A DNA stretch of 64,000 bases from an uncultured Candidatus Saccharibacteria bacterium (GCA_964414295.1 CAYPVU010000031.1:17885-81884), one strand, 5' to 3'; shown: positions 17,864 through 28,182, numbered from the stretch's first letter. Notes: generated by a model not told the origin, from the letters alone. A program made the numbers and translations.

Positions 17864-18371
17864 TATTTATTATTTCTTTTAATTTAGTAAAAGCTCTATT
17901 AATTGCAACTTTTGTTGCATCGTAGCTTTTATTAATCAATTGCGAAACTTCTTCTATTGTTAATTCATTATAAAATCTTAAAATAATTAAATCCCTATCA
18001 TTTTCTGATAAAAGACTTAGCCTACTATATATATACTCAATCAGAACCTGATTGGTAACAGACTTTTCAACATTCTCATCATTATTAATTAAATTATCAA
18101 AATCTTGAGTGAGTGGAGTAGATATTGATCTTTTTTTTGAGTAATCAAAACATAATGATCGCGCAATAGAAACAAGCCAAGTCTTAAGAGAGGCTTTTTG
18201 GGGATTAAAGGTGTGTTTATATTTCCAAGCCCGTATAAAGGTATCTTGAGTTAAATCTTCTGCAATTTCTTTAGAGTTAAAGAAGACATATACATATTTA
18301 TATACAAGTCTATTGTATTGTATAAATGCTATTTCTAAATCAGTTTGTGTTTCTAAGCGTTGTACTGCCAA
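17850..18371 (-). CDS. ECF-type RNA polymerase sigma factor (sigma-70 regions 2 and 4)
   Basis: Region 2-like EDLTQDTFIRAWKY and region 4-like LTIEEVSQLINKSYDATKVAINRAFTKL. Confidence 0.8.
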   Translation of the reverse strand: MAVQRLETQTDLEIAFIQYNRLVYKYVYVFFNSKEIAEDLTQDTFIRAWKYKHTFNPQKASLKTWLVSIARSLCFDYSKKRSISTPLTQDFDNLINNDENVEKSVTNQVLIEYIYSRLSLLSENDRDLIILRFYNELTIEEVSQLINKSYDATKVAINRAFTKLKEIINNENK

Positions 18372-18411
18372 ACAAATGTAATTAACTTCTCCTATTCTAC
18401 AAGAAAATCAA

Positions 18412-19761
18412 TTACCTTGTAACTTGAAAGCTTTTTACTTGTTCTAAAATAGATTTTGCATTAGCATCATTTTCAAAATGATCTCTTACAGGTTGTAATA
18501 ACTCATTTAAGTATTTAATTACAGCCAACTTTAAGTCTAGCGGGAATAGTTCCTTATTTTTAAATGCTGTTTCTAATTCTTCAAAGTTTGAATATTCAAC
18601 ATCTCCACCAAATCTATCTTCTCTTTCTACTAAAAACTTTCCATTTACTAGTAAAGGAGTTTTCCTTTTTAAGTAATTTGCTTGGAATATGATTTGTTTA
18701 CAATAATCTAAGATAGGATTATCTTCTATTATTCCTTCAGGACAATAAGCTTTCATAATCTTAGATTTAACTTCATCTGCAGAATCAGTCATAAAGATAG
18801 CTGTATCTGGTTTTGATTTACTCATTTTCATAGAAATTAATCTTTCAGGAGTACTTTCTAATACTTCTAGAACTCCATCAACCAAAAAAGATACATCCAT
18901 ATCAAAGAATTTAGCCTTTTCTCCTTTATGCAATACTACATTTCTTTTATCATCACCGTTTTTAGCAACAAATTCTATTTCTACATGATCATCTGCTAAA
19001 TTTTTCAAAACTATATTAGCTTTTGATGCAGAGTAGAGAACAGATTCACTACCATTCTGTAATTGAATCACAACTCTTTTTTTGTCTAGGGGTTTTTGTA
19101 ATCCTTGCAACATTCCATGACTTACAATTACTGGCTTCCAGAATCCAATATCTTCGCCTATTTCTCTTGCGACGATATTTACTTTCCTTTGGTCTAAACC
19201 TAGTTGAGTCACTTGACATTTCATTACTCCAAAAATATCTGCAATTTGCATACAAGGGTAGAGTATTTGTGCAGCAGATAATTCATCGTTTTCACTTCTT
19301 CCCATTATTTCTGTTGTCCTTAAAGCTCTTTTTAGAGTTACAGACTTAGCAACTTTCATAACTAACTCCCAGTACCATCGCTGACTTACAAAATCTGAAG
19401 TCCACAAAAACTCTGTTTTATCTAAATTCATTCCGCTGGCTTTCCATATTTCAATAAAGTACTGACCTACCACCTTAATCTTTTCTAAATCACCACCCAT
19501 TTTATTGTTTAAGTATCCAAACCAATCAGCAACCCACATTTTAAAAGTAAACCCAGCATCAATCATTTTATTTGTATTGATGGCTCTAATTATTCCTTGC
19601 GCAATATGCATTTGGCCTGATGGTTCAAATCCATCGTAAGTAAATAAAGGTTCGTTGGACTCTAATATTTTTTTAAGCTCGTCTGCACCAATTATTTCAC
19701 CTCCATTTTCTGCTATAGATTTAATCAATGCTATTCGTTCTTCAATTGTTAAGTTGTTCAT
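18412..19761 (-). CDS. tyrS: Tyrosyl-tRNA synthetase, archaeal/eukaryotic type
   Basis: GFEPSGQMHIAQG (HIGH variant) and KMSKS. The C-terminus closely parallels archaeal TyrRS (KAYCPEGIIEDNPIL..., FGGDVEYSNFEELE..FKNKELFPLDLK). Confidence 0.85.
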   Translation of the reverse strand: MNNLTIEERIALIKSIAENGGEIIGADELKKILESNEPLFTYDGFEPSGQMHIAQGIIRAINTNKMIDAGFTFKMWVADWFGYLNNKMGGDLEKIKVVGQYFIEIWKASGMNLDKTEFLWTSDFVSQRWYWELVMKVAKSVTLKRALRTTEIMGRSENDELSAAQILYPCMQIADIFGVMKCQVTQLGLDQRKVNIVAREIGEDIGFWKPVIVSHGMLQGLQKPLDKKRVVIQLQNGSESVLYSASKANIVLKNLADDHVEIEFVAKNGDDKRNVVLHKGEKAKFFDMDVSFLVDGVLEVLESTPERLISMKMSKSKPDTAIFMTDSADEVKSKIMKAYCPEGIIEDNPILDYCKQIIFQANYLKRKTPLLVNGKFLVEREDRFGGDVEYSNFEELETAFKNKELFPLDLKLAVIKYLNELLQPVRDHFENDANAKSILEQVKSFQVTR

Positions 19762-19775
19762 ATTATTAATTTAAA

Positions 19776-20507
19776 TTAATTTAATTTTAAGCTTTCTTCT
19801 ATTTCAGTTAAAGCTTTTAAAAACTTATTCCGCATTTCTAAAGAATAAGGATTATATATCTGCATATCTCTAAAAAGCGTACTAGTATCGTTTTCAACGC
19901 TAAGTTGATTATACAATATTCCATTAAAACCTTTTGTAGTTATTTGATTAGCTCTAACATTAAGTTTTATGCCTATTTTACCTATCAAAAAAGCAAATGC
20001 TTGAGTATAAGCAGCCTGTTTATCGTGTTCTTCAGGAGTCATTTCAACTAAGTTTAGTCCTAAGGATTTTAGAAAGGTTGATATCTGTTCCAATCGTTGT
20101 TCGTTTGTAATTCGAACCTTAGAATAAATAAAATTTAAATCTCTAAAGTTATTTCCACTATCAGTACTATCAGGTCCAAACATAGGATGAGTTGCCAAAA
20201 TTTCAATGTTAGTATTTAAGTTTTCTAACATGATGTTTACTGGGTAAGTTTTAACAGAACAAATTTCAATTAAAAGAGTGGTAGGTTTTAGAATAGAGCT
20301 AATTTGTTTAATAACTTCTTCAAACCTAGAAATTGGTACACAAGGTATAACAATATCTGAATTACATACTTCCTCTAATCTAAAGAACTTTTGATTATCT
20401 ATTTTATGTTCTGGTTCAAATACTTTAATTAAACACTTTGTATGTAAAGAAAGCGTATTAAAAACTAAATTGCCAAATCTTCCATTTCCAATAATTCCAA
20501 TATTCAT
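19776..20507 (-). CDS. tyrA: Prephenate/arogenate dehydrogenase
   Basis: IGIIGNGRFG Rossmann motif and HPMFGP motif. Confidence 0.75.
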   Translation of the reverse strand: MNIGIIGNGRFGNLVFNTLSLHTKCLIKVFEPEHKIDNQKFFRLEEVCNSDIVIPCVPISRFEEVIKQISSILKPTTLLIEICSVKTYPVNIMLENLNTNIEILATHPMFGPDSTDSGNNFRDLNFIYSKVRITNEQRLEQISTFLKSLGLNLVEMTPEEHDKQAAYTQAFAFLIGKIGIKLNVRANQITTKGFNGILYNQLSVENDTSTLFRDMQIYNPYSLEMRNKFLKALTEIEESLKLN

Positions 20508-20543
20508 GTATTTAATATAAAAAGTAAAAAGGGTATAAAAAAA

Positions 20544-20561
20544 AACCCGCTTTCGCGGGTT
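20544..20561 (-). terminator. Hairpin followed by T-run on the minus strand, about 35 nt upstream of the tyrA start (possible attenuator or orphan terminator)
   Basis: aacccgc-tttc-gcgggtt, followed by ttttttttt on the minus strand. Confidence 0.55.
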
Positions 20562-20732
20562 AAGTTGTTATATGAAGATATACGACTATTACCCGCAATA
20601 AGAAAGGTAATAATAGTAATAATTGTTAGTTCTATTTAATTTATTCATTTAGAAATGATTATATAATGAGCTCTTTTCTATTTCAAATTTATGTAATAAT
20701 AGAAATCAGACATAAAATGTTAAAAAATAGAA

Positions 20733-21692
20733 ATGAACTTAACAGATATAGTACTTTATATATCTGCCTTCCTTCTAATTTGGGTAGGGTCAGGATTAAC
20801 AGTTAAATCTATAGAAAATATTGCTAAAAGATTAAAGCTAAATACTTTTATAGTTTCATTTGTTATTTTAGGAGTCTTTACTTCACTTCCAGAAATATTT
20901 TTAGCAATAAATTCTACTATAGACGGAGAACCGGAAGTTTCAGCAGGCAACCTCTTGGGAGGAATAATTGTGCTGTTTTTATTATTAATACCTTTAATTG
21001 CCATTGCTGGCAAAGGCGCAAAGATAATAAAAGATATTGGAAAAACCAAATTACTAATGTCCTTAATTGTAATTGCCTTACCATCAATACTTTTAGTAGA
21101 TAGATTTGTAGGATTTTTAGAAGGTTTAATATTTTTAGCTGCTTATTCAAGCCTTATATTTTTTGTAGAGAAAAAAGAGGAATCTCCAAAACTAGAAACA
21201 AAAAAGACAAAGCCTCGAAAGACAAGAGGATTTTCTTGGAAAGTTTCTTTTGGAAAACTAGTTTTAGGAAGTGTATTAATATTTATATCTAGCAATATAA
21301 TCTTAGATAATACATTAAAACTAGCTGAAGCTCTTCATGTATCACCTTTTCTAATAAGCTTATTCTTAATATCAATAGGGACTAATTTACCTGAATTCAC
21401 AGTAGGAATTAGATCAATTCTAATGCACGACAAGAACTTAGCATTAGGCAATTACGTTGGTTCTGCAGCTGCCAATACTTTATTATTTGGGTTTTTAACT
21501 TTAATAAATTCTAATGGGATTCTTATTCAAGACACAAAAATAACGCTTACTTTAGTATTGATAATAATATCTTTAATAGTGTTCTATTTATTTACAGTTT
21601 CTAAGAAGATATTATCTAGAAGAGAAGGGGCAATATTACTACTATTTTATATAGTGTTTTGCATATTTGAGCTTACAGGCTTAAAGTTTTAA
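20733..21692 (+). CDS. Ca2+/Na+ antiporter (CaCA family, YrbG-like)
   Basis: Two alpha-repeat regions with GNLLGGII and GNYVGSAAANTL, and a polytopic membrane profile. Confidence 0.7.
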   Translation: MNLTDIVLYISAFLLIWVGSGLTVKSIENIAKRLKLNTFIVSFVILGVFTSLPEIFLAINSTIDGEPEVSAGNLLGGIIVLFLLLIPLIAIAGKGAKIIKDIGKTKLLMSLIVIALPSILLVDRFVGFLEGLIFLAAYSSLIFFVEKKEESPKLETKKTKPRKTRGFSWKVSFGKLVLGSVLIFISSNIILDNTLKLAEALHVSPFLISLFLISIGTNLPEFTVGIRSILMHDKNLALGNYVGSAAANTLLFGFLTLINSNGILIQDTKITLTLVLIIISLIVFYLFTVSKKILSRREGAILLLFYIVFCIFELTGLKF

Positions 21693-22129
21693 AAGTGTAC
21701 TGTTGAAGTTCTATTTTCGAGCATTCCGTTTAAATTCTCTTCACCTATAACCTCTAGAATAGATTTGCCTACTAATAGGTCTTTATCTTCTGCTTGTATA
21801 ATATAAATACCGGTATGGTCATCACCTATTCCAATTTCATCCTCAGCTAAAAGCATAGAATCCGATTCTAGGTTTCTTAGCATCCTTTTACCTAAAACAA
21901 CTTTTTCTCCTTGTTTTAGTAAATACCCCGGAACAGTATTTCCTTCACCAAGATATGGAATTAAATCTCCTTCTTTCATATTGCTTGCACCTGTAATAAC
22001 AACCTTAGCTTTCCCACCCATATCAATTACTACTAAGTTTAATTTATCTGCATAAGGGTGTTTTAAAACTGCAATTACCTTAACAATAGTAATAGGTGAT
22101 AAAAGGGATTTTAATTCGTCTAAATTCAT
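21689..22129 (-). CDS. tRNA-binding domain protein (CsaA/Myf-like)
   Basis: KHPYADKLNLVVIDMGG..VVITGASNMKEGDLIPY resembles the EMAP/PheT-type OB tRNA-binding domain. Confidence 0.55.
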   Translation of the reverse strand: MNLDELKSLLSPITIVKVIAVLKHPYADKLNLVVIDMGGKAKVVITGASNMKEGDLIPYLGEGNTVPGYLLKQGEKVVLGKRMLRNLESDSMLLAEDEIGIGDDHTGIYIIQAEDKDLLVGKSILEVIGEENLNGMLENRTSTVHF

Positions 22130-22160
22130 AGGATTTATTTAATATTTACTAATTTTAGCA

Positions 22161-22712
22161 TTAATGCCATTGATATTTAGAAGGATGCTTTCTTACAAGA
22201 CTAATTTCTCTATAAACATCAATAAATAAGACTAAAGATAAGAATAGAGTAGCGGCTGTAGTAACAATGCCAATCCAGCTATAACTTTTTTCAGCAATTA
22301 TATTTATCCATATTAAAAAGTTGCTTAATACCATAAAGATCCACCATCCTCCCGCCATTCCATAAACTGTATAAGAATCTTTAATTAAGTTTAAAAGATT
22401 AAACTTTGCCAAACTTAAAATTACCATTTCTGATGGATGAGTATTATGAAGATAAATAGTTCTAAATACTGCAATAGAAAAAAAGAAAGCTACTACAATA
22501 TACATAAATAGATCTGAATAGGCTGTTACAGTAATAACATCTTCAGCTCTTAAAACGGTTGAAACTGCAAAAACAGAAGTAGAGTAATCTCTTAAAGACC
22601 AAGCAATATTGAAAATTCTAATTGTTATAAGAATTCCCAAAAACTTAGATAATATTAATACTGCTGCTGGCAACAGGGAATAATCCAGTAAATTTACTAA
22701 TGTTTTAGACAT
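22161..22712 (-). CDS. hypothetical polytopic membrane protein
   Basis: Multiple hydrophobic helices and no diagnostic motif. Confidence 0.4.
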   Translation of the reverse strand: MSKTLVNLLDYSLLPAAVLILSKFLGILITIRIFNIAWSLRDYSTSVFAVSTVLRAEDVITVTAYSDLFMYIVVAFFFSIAVFRTIYLHNTHPSEMVILSLAKFNLLNLIKDSYTVYGMAGGWWIFMVLSNFLIWINIIAEKSYSWIGIVTTAATLFLSLVLFIDVYREISLVRKHPSKYQWH

Positions 22713-22749
22713 GTAGATATTTTATAGCAAAAACCAAATCAAACCAATA

Positions 22750-23010
22750 TTAAAGAGATTTGATCATTCTTGCAAGCTGAGCTTTGTATCTTGCAGCTGT
22801 GTTTTTATGAATTACATTTCCTTTTACAGCTTTATCTATTGATTGATATGCTGCTGGAAGTAATTTTTCTGCAGAAGTTTTATCTTTGTTTGTGATAGCC
22901 TTAAATACAGCTTTTCTGTCTTCCTTGTATTGTCTATTTTTTCTAAGGTTAATGATTCTTTTTCTTTCTGATACTCTAATTGCCTTTTTTGCTGAACTTG
23001 TATTTGCCAT
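22750..23010 (-). CDS. rpsT: 30S ribosomal protein S20
   Basis: MANTSSAKKAIRVSERKR..., a lysine/arginine-rich 86-aa S20 pattern. Confidence 0.85.
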   Translation of the reverse strand: MANTSSAKKAIRVSERKRIINLRKNRQYKEDRKAVFKAITNKDKTSAEKLLPAAYQSIDKAVKGNVIHKNTAARYKAQLARMIKSL

Positions 23011-23127
23011 ATATAAAATTTATCTAATTAATCGTTAAGCAGGAGAATTTTAGCAGAGAATTTAATAAATTAAAAGCATTAAAATCAAATTAGATGAGCT
23101 TCTGAGCAAGATTTAGGGTAAAATTTA

Positions 23128-23994
23128 TTGATATTTTTATTAAATCCTATGCATATTAGTGAATTAATGCCTAAAAATGGCCTTTTTGACTCCCATACTC
23201 ACCTAATATTTAGAGAGTACCCTCTAAATATGGACGAAATTATAGAAAAAAGCAGAGGTTTGGGGTTAACTACTATATTAAATGTCTGTACTGATCTAGA
23301 AACATCAATGCAGGCACCTGAATTATCAAAAACCTATAACGGATATGTGAAAAGCTTTATTGGAATAGATCCTCAAGAAGTAATACCAAATCCTGAGCAT
23401 TTTATGGGTTTGGATGTAACAGATGAGCAAATTCAGGAATTAAAAAGTAAAATAGAAGCTCTTTATTCAGCGAATAAAGAGAGTGTAATAGGTATTGGTG
23501 AAACTGGCATGGACTTTTTTTGGATAAAAGAATTAGACCAAACTACTCAAGAAAAGTCTAAAAGACTTCAGCAAAAACTATATGTAATTCACTTAGAAAT
23601 GGCAGAAAAATATAATCTTCCTCTAACTATTCATTCTAGAGGTGCAGAAACTGAATGTTTAGAGGTACTAAAACAAAATACTACTAATACAAAAGGGATT
23701 TTCCATTCATTTACAGGAACTTACGAACAAGCTAAGGCTATTCTTGATTCCGGAAATGGCTTAGGAGTGAATGGAATAGTAACTTTTAGAAATGCAAATA
23801 GTTTAAGAGAAACTTATAAAAGAATATTAGGGATAGTTAAAGATACAGAAGATCCAAGCTACTTTTATAAAAAGGGAATCTTTTTTGAGACTGACGCACC
23901 TTTTTTAAGTCCAGAAGGAAAGAGAGGAGAAATAAATTATCCCTATAACGTAACTGACATTTATAAGATATTTACCGAGTTTCTTAGCCATTAA
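23128..23994 (+). CDS. tatD: TatD-family metal-dependent hydrolase
   Basis: Motifs DSHTHL, GETGMD, IHSRGA, FHSFTG and ETDAPFL. Confidence 0.85.
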   Translation: MIFLLNPMHISELMPKNGLFDSHTHLIFREYPLNMDEIIEKSRGLGLTTILNVCTDLETSMQAPELSKTYNGYVKSFIGIDPQEVIPNPEHFMGLDVTDEQIQELKSKIEALYSANKESVIGIGETGMDFFWIKELDQTTQEKSKRLQQKLYVIHLEMAEKYNLPLTIHSRGAETECLEVLKQNTTNTKGIFHSFTGTYEQAKAILDSGNGLGVNGIVTFRNANSLRETYKRILGIVKDTEDPSYFYKKGIFFETDAPFLSPEGKRGEINYPYNVTDIYKIFTEFLSH

Positions 23995-24054
23995 CCATGG
24001 GTCTTTGATTATCTGTAAATAAATTGCTAAACTTTCGGTATTAAAAGCCTTTTT

Positions 24055-25239
24055 ATGAAAAAACTAAAAATTGCATATGTAATTCAAAGATTCCATCCTT
24101 TTAAAGGAGGTGCTGAACAAAATACCTATGCCTTGGCCTATAGAATGGGAAAAGAAGAGCAGGATGTAACAGTAGTAACTACAAATGTAAAATTTAGAAA
24201 TGAAAAACTTCCAACCCAAGAGACTTACAATGGTTTAAAGATTATTAGAAATTGGGCTTTAAATGAACAATTATACGCAGGTTTTTACCCTGGATTACTA
24301 CCATATCTTCTAAAAAATAGGTTTGATGTAATACATGCCTCTGGAATTGGATTTTTATGGAGAGAATTTTGTTTAATTATAAAAAGACTATTTTCTAGAA
24401 AAACTAAATTTATAGTAACTCCTCATGGACCTTTTATGGCTGTAAATAACTCAAAAGGGTTTAGAGGTTTTGCTAAGAAGGCTTATACATTTGTTTTAAG
24501 ATTATTTATTCCATGGCTATATGATGTTGTGATTGCAGTAAATCCTAAACAGATTGAATGGATGACAAAGGAATATAAAATAAATCCTAAAAAGATCTTT
24601 ATTTTGCCAAACGGTATAGATGCTGAATATATAGAAGAAGAACTTTATGAACACGAAGAGGCAGATAAAGTAGTTATTACATATATGAATAGACATGAAT
24701 GGTACAAAGGAATCCATAATGTAATTGAAGCAATAAAAAGAATAAGAGATGGAAATTTAACCGATAAGAAGTTTGAATTCTGGATTATGGGTAGAGCAGG
24801 CAACTATACTCCTAAACTAACACAGTTAGTAGAAGAGAATAATTTGGGTGAATATGTAAAGTTCATATTTTCACCTAGTGATGAGGAAAGAGATAGAATT
24901 TTCTACGAAGAATCTCAAATAAATATATTACCTAGTAATTGGGAAGCAACAGGCATAACTTTAATTGAAGCAATGGCTAAGGGAAATGTATTAGTTACTA
25001 CACATCAAAACGAAGCAGCGGAAATTATAATAAAGGAAGAAGAAAATGGTTATATATATAATTATACAGATATAGACAGGTTAACTGAAATTCTAACTAC
25101 CTTAATTAATAACTATAAGTTAAGACAACAGATAAGAAAAAATAATCTTGAAGCAGCAAAAGATTTTACCTGGGAAGCAATATTCCCTGAGTACTTAGCA
25201 TTAATTGAAAGTCTAACAGGTACGGTAAAAAAAGATTAA
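24055..25239 (+). CDS. Glycosyltransferase family 4
   Basis: EATGITLIEAMAKG motif and the N-terminal GT4 region. Confidence 0.75.
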   Translation: MKKLKIAYVIQRFHPFKGGAEQNTYALAYRMGKEEQDVTVVTTNVKFRNEKLPTQETYNGLKIIRNWALNEQLYAGFYPGLLPYLLKNRFDVIHASGIGFLWREFCLIIKRLFSRKTKFIVTPHGPFMAVNNSKGFRGFAKKAYTFVLRLFIPWLYDVVIAVNPKQIEWMTKEYKINPKKIFILPNGIDAEYIEEELYEHEEADKVVITYMNRHEWYKGIHNVIEAIKRIRDGNLTDKKFEFWIMGRAGNYTPKLTQLVEENNLGEYVKFIFSPSDEERDRIFYEESQINILPSNWEATGITLIEAMAKGNVLVTTHQNEAAEIIIKEEENGYIYNYTDIDRLTEILTTLINNYKLRQQIRKNNLEAAKDFTWEAIFPEYLALIESLTGTVKKD

Positions 25240-25943
25240 TTTGTTTTCTTTACTACCTTTATAACTCCAGTATAATCAGCATTTATAGCATTTAAGACTT
25301 CCTGTGCTACCACTTGGGGGCTTATAGAATCTTTAATATATTCTGGAAAAAACTTTCTATAAGCTGCTGTAGATGTGTCAGAAGGAGAAATACAGTTTAC
25401 CTTTATACTTTTTGATTTAACTTCTTCAGATAATCCTATAGTTAGATCTTCAATTGCTTTTTTAGAAACATAGTAAGGGAGCCATCCTTTAGCTCCATTT
25501 TCAAAGGTTCCGGAAATGTTAATAATACTTGAATCTTTTGGCATTATATCTATTAAACCATGAGTTAGAATTACCGGCGCCATAATTCCTACATTCATAG
25601 TATCGATTACAGTTTTTTGTTCAAAAGTAGAGTAGTCTTTATTGGCAAAAGCTTCGCTATCTGAATGCCAAATAGCAGCACAATTTACTAATACATTTAA
25701 ACTTTCATTATTTTTTCTAAATAAAACAATAAAGTCTTTAACCTGCTGAATAATAGAAAGATCAATCTGATATACTTCAGCCTCTCCGCCAGATTCTTCT
25801 ATACTTTTTTTAACTTTCTCTAGTTTTTCTAAATTCCTGCTTAATAAATAAACTTTATATCCTTCTTTAGCTAATTCAGTAGATATATGCTTACCAATAC
25901 CAGTACTCGCGCCAGTAACGATTGCTATTTTTTTATTATCCAT
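25236..25943 (-). CDS. Short-chain dehydrogenase/reductase (SDR)
   Basis: IAIVTGASTGIGKHI cofactor motif and YVSKKA (YxxxK). Confidence 0.8.
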   Translation of the reverse strand: MDNKKIAIVTGASTGIGKHISTELAKEGYKVYLLSRNLEKLEKVKKSIEESGGEAEVYQIDLSIIQQVKDFIVLFRKNNESLNVLVNCAAIWHSDSEAFANKDYSTFEQKTVIDTMNVGIMAPVILTHGLIDIMPKDSSIINISGTFENGAKGWLPYYVSKKAIEDLTIGLSEEVKSKSIKVNCISPSDTSTAAYRKFFPEYIKDSISPQVVAQEVLNAINADYTGVIKVVKKTN

Positions 25944-25995
25944 AAGGTTGTTTATTAAATCCTGTTATAATTTAAACAAATTTTAACACTTATGA

Positions 25996-26706
25996 ATGGC
26001 TAAATTAATATTAGTGGGTCTTCCATTAGGAAATATAGAAGATATTAGTTTTAGAGTACTGAATAGCTTGTTTTCTGCCGACTGCATTGCTGCAGAAGAT
26101 ACTAGGAATTACCTAAAGATAAAATCTATAGTAAAACAGAGATATTCAGAGACTTTTAAAGAAATTGATTTTGATAAAAGACCTGAATTAATTTCGTATA
26201 GAGCGCAAAATCATACAAACTCTTCTAAAAGAATAATAGAAAGAATTTTAAGTGGAGTAGATGTATATTTAATGAGTGATGCAGGAATGCCTGCAATATC
26301 TGATCCTGGATTTAGATTAGTAGAGGAATGCATACAAAATAATATAGAAGTAGATGTATTGCCTTCGGCTACTGCAGTAGATACAGCTTTAGTTTTATCT
26401 GGATTACCTACGGATAAGTTTTGTTTTATAGGCTTTTTATCTAGACAGGAATCTAAAATAGTAAGGTCCATAGAAAGTGCAAGAGAATTTACAGTTGTAT
26501 TTTACGAATCTCCTTATAGGATTAAAAAATCATTAGAGATAATAGCAAAGAATTATCCAGAAGCTAGAGTAGCTTTATGTAATGATTTAACAAAAAAGTT
26601 TCAAAAGATAATAAGAGGAAGTATTAGTGAGGTATTAAAAGAACTTGAAACAACTAAAGTTCAGGGTGAGTGGGTAGGAGTTTTAAGAGTTGAATCTGTA
26701 AGTTAA
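25996..26706 (+). CDS. rsmI: 16S rRNA (cytidine1402-2'-O)-methyltransferase RsmI
   Basis: LPLGNIEDISFRVLN...ADCIAAEDTR, a tetrapyrrole-methylase fold signature. Confidence 0.8.
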   Translation: MAKLILVGLPLGNIEDISFRVLNSLFSADCIAAEDTRNYLKIKSIVKQRYSETFKEIDFDKRPELISYRAQNHTNSSKRIIERILSGVDVYLMSDAGMPAISDPGFRLVEECIQNNIEVDVLPSATAVDTALVLSGLPTDKFCFIGFLSRQESKIVRSIESAREFTVVFYESPYRIKKSLEIIAKNYPEARVALCNDLTKKFQKIIRGSISEVLKELETTKVQGEWVGVLRVESVS

Positions 26707-28182
26707 CGCCTCTAAGATTGCTTGTTCTTCTACTTTTTCCTTTTGTTTTAGATCTGCAATAGTTCTAGCTGTTTTTAAAATCTTAAAATAGCTTCTTGCA
26801 GAAAAGTTGAAACGATTATTTGCTTTTTCTAATAGCTGTTTTGTTTTAAGATCTAATACAACATACTTATTTATATCTTCAATATCCATTTGAGCATTTA
26901 GTTTATTTTGTCCGTATCTTTCTAATTGAATATATCTTGCTAAGCTAACTCTTTTTAATATATCTGTAGAGCCTTCAGCTTTAGTACTTTGAGTTAAATC
27001 TTTTAGGTCTACTTTTTCTACCCATACTTGAAGATCAAATCTGTCTAAAATAGGACCAGAAATTCTTTTTTTATATTCTTGAACTTGCCTTGAAGTACAA
27101 ATACATTCTTTGATCTTATCTCCTGAATAACCACACTTGCATGGGTTCATAGCAGCTAATAAAATAAAATCTGCTGGATATTCTACTGTACCTGTAGACC
27201 TAGATATTGTTACAACTTTTTCTTCTAGAGGTTGTCTTAAAGTTTCTATTGAGCGAACCTCAAACTCCGGCAATTCATCTAAAAACAAAACTCCTTTATT
27301 TGCTAAAGTTATTTCTCCTGGTTTTAAGTTTGAGCCTCCTCCAACAAGGGCTACATGGGATATTGTATGGTGAGGATTTCTATATGGCCGAGTAGCTAAA
27401 TATGGCTTATCTAAATCTAGGAGTCCTGCAATACTGTAAACCTTAGTAATTTCTAACGCCTCTTCTACAGAGGGCGGTGGAAGAATTCCTTTAAAAGCTT
27501 TAGAAAGCAGAGTTTTTCCAGATCCCGGAACTCCATTTAGCAAACAGTTATGTCCTCCTGCAGCAGAGATTTCTAAAGCTTTTTTAGCCAAAGTCTGTCC
27601 TCTTATACTTTTAAAATCTACACTAAACTTAATAGAAGGAATCAAAACATCCTTACTTATATATTCTGGCAAACTAGAATTAGTAAAGTGATCTACAATT
27701 TCCTTAAGATTTTTTGCAGGATAAATTGATATACCTTTTACTAATGAAGCTTCTTTTGCATTGTCCCAAGGCAGAAATATGGAATTATATCCTTTATTTT
27801 TTGCCTCCATTACAATCGGCAATACTCCTTTTATAGGTTTAAGATCTCCATTTAAAGAGAGTTCACCTAGGAATAATTTGTCTGTTGTATCAAAGTTAAT
27901 TTGTTCTGATGCCAATAAGTAACCAATAGCCAAGGGTAGATCATAGCCTGATCCACTTTTTATAAATTGAGCTGGTGCTAAGTTTATAATTATCTGCATT
28001 GGTACAAAAGAAAAACCTGAGTTTTTTATAGCAGAGGGGATTCTTTCTTTTGCCTCTTGAATAGATTTATCTGCTAAACCAATAATTGCAAAGAAGTTTG
28101 TACCTTTTCTATAATCTACTTCAACTTCTATTATTTGAACATCAAGACCTTTTAGACTTGCAGTGTAGAGCTTTGATAGCAT
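26683..28182 (-). CDS. comM: Mg-chelatase-like AAA+ protein YifB/ComM
   Basis: N-terminal Lon-like domain, a Walker A (NGVPGSGKTLL) and a C-terminal ComM domain. Confidence 0.85.
   Translation of the reverse strand: MLSKLYTASLKGLDVQIIEVEVDYRKGTNFFAIIGLADKSIQEAKERIPSAIKNSGFSFVPMQIIINLAPAQFIKSGSGYDLPLAIGYLLASEQINFDTTDKLFLGELSLNGDLKPIKGVLPIVMEAKNKGYNSIFLPWDNAKEASLVKGISIYPAKNLKEIVDHFTNSSLPEYISKDVLIPSIKFSVDFKSIRGQTLAKKALEISAAGGHNCLLNGVPGSGKTLLSKAFKGILPPPSVEEALEITKVYSIAGLLDLDKPYLATRPYRNPHHTISHVALVGGGSNLKPGEITLANKGVLFLDELPEFEVRSIETLRQPLEEKVVTISRSTGTVEYPADFILLAAMNPCKCGYSGDKIKECICTSRQVQEYKKRISGPILDRFDLQVWVEKVDLKDLTQSTKAEGSTDILKRVSLARYIQLERYGQNKLNAQMDIEDINKYVVLDLKTKQLLEKANNRFNFSARSYFKILKTARTIADLKQKEKVEEQAILEALTYRFNS

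Noticed and set aside
20508-20732. T-box riboswitch leader upstream of tyrA (minus strand)
   Set aside because: No AAUUAGGGUGGNACCGCG T-box sequence and no specifier-loop architecture was recognisable. Only a plain terminator-like hairpin was seen.
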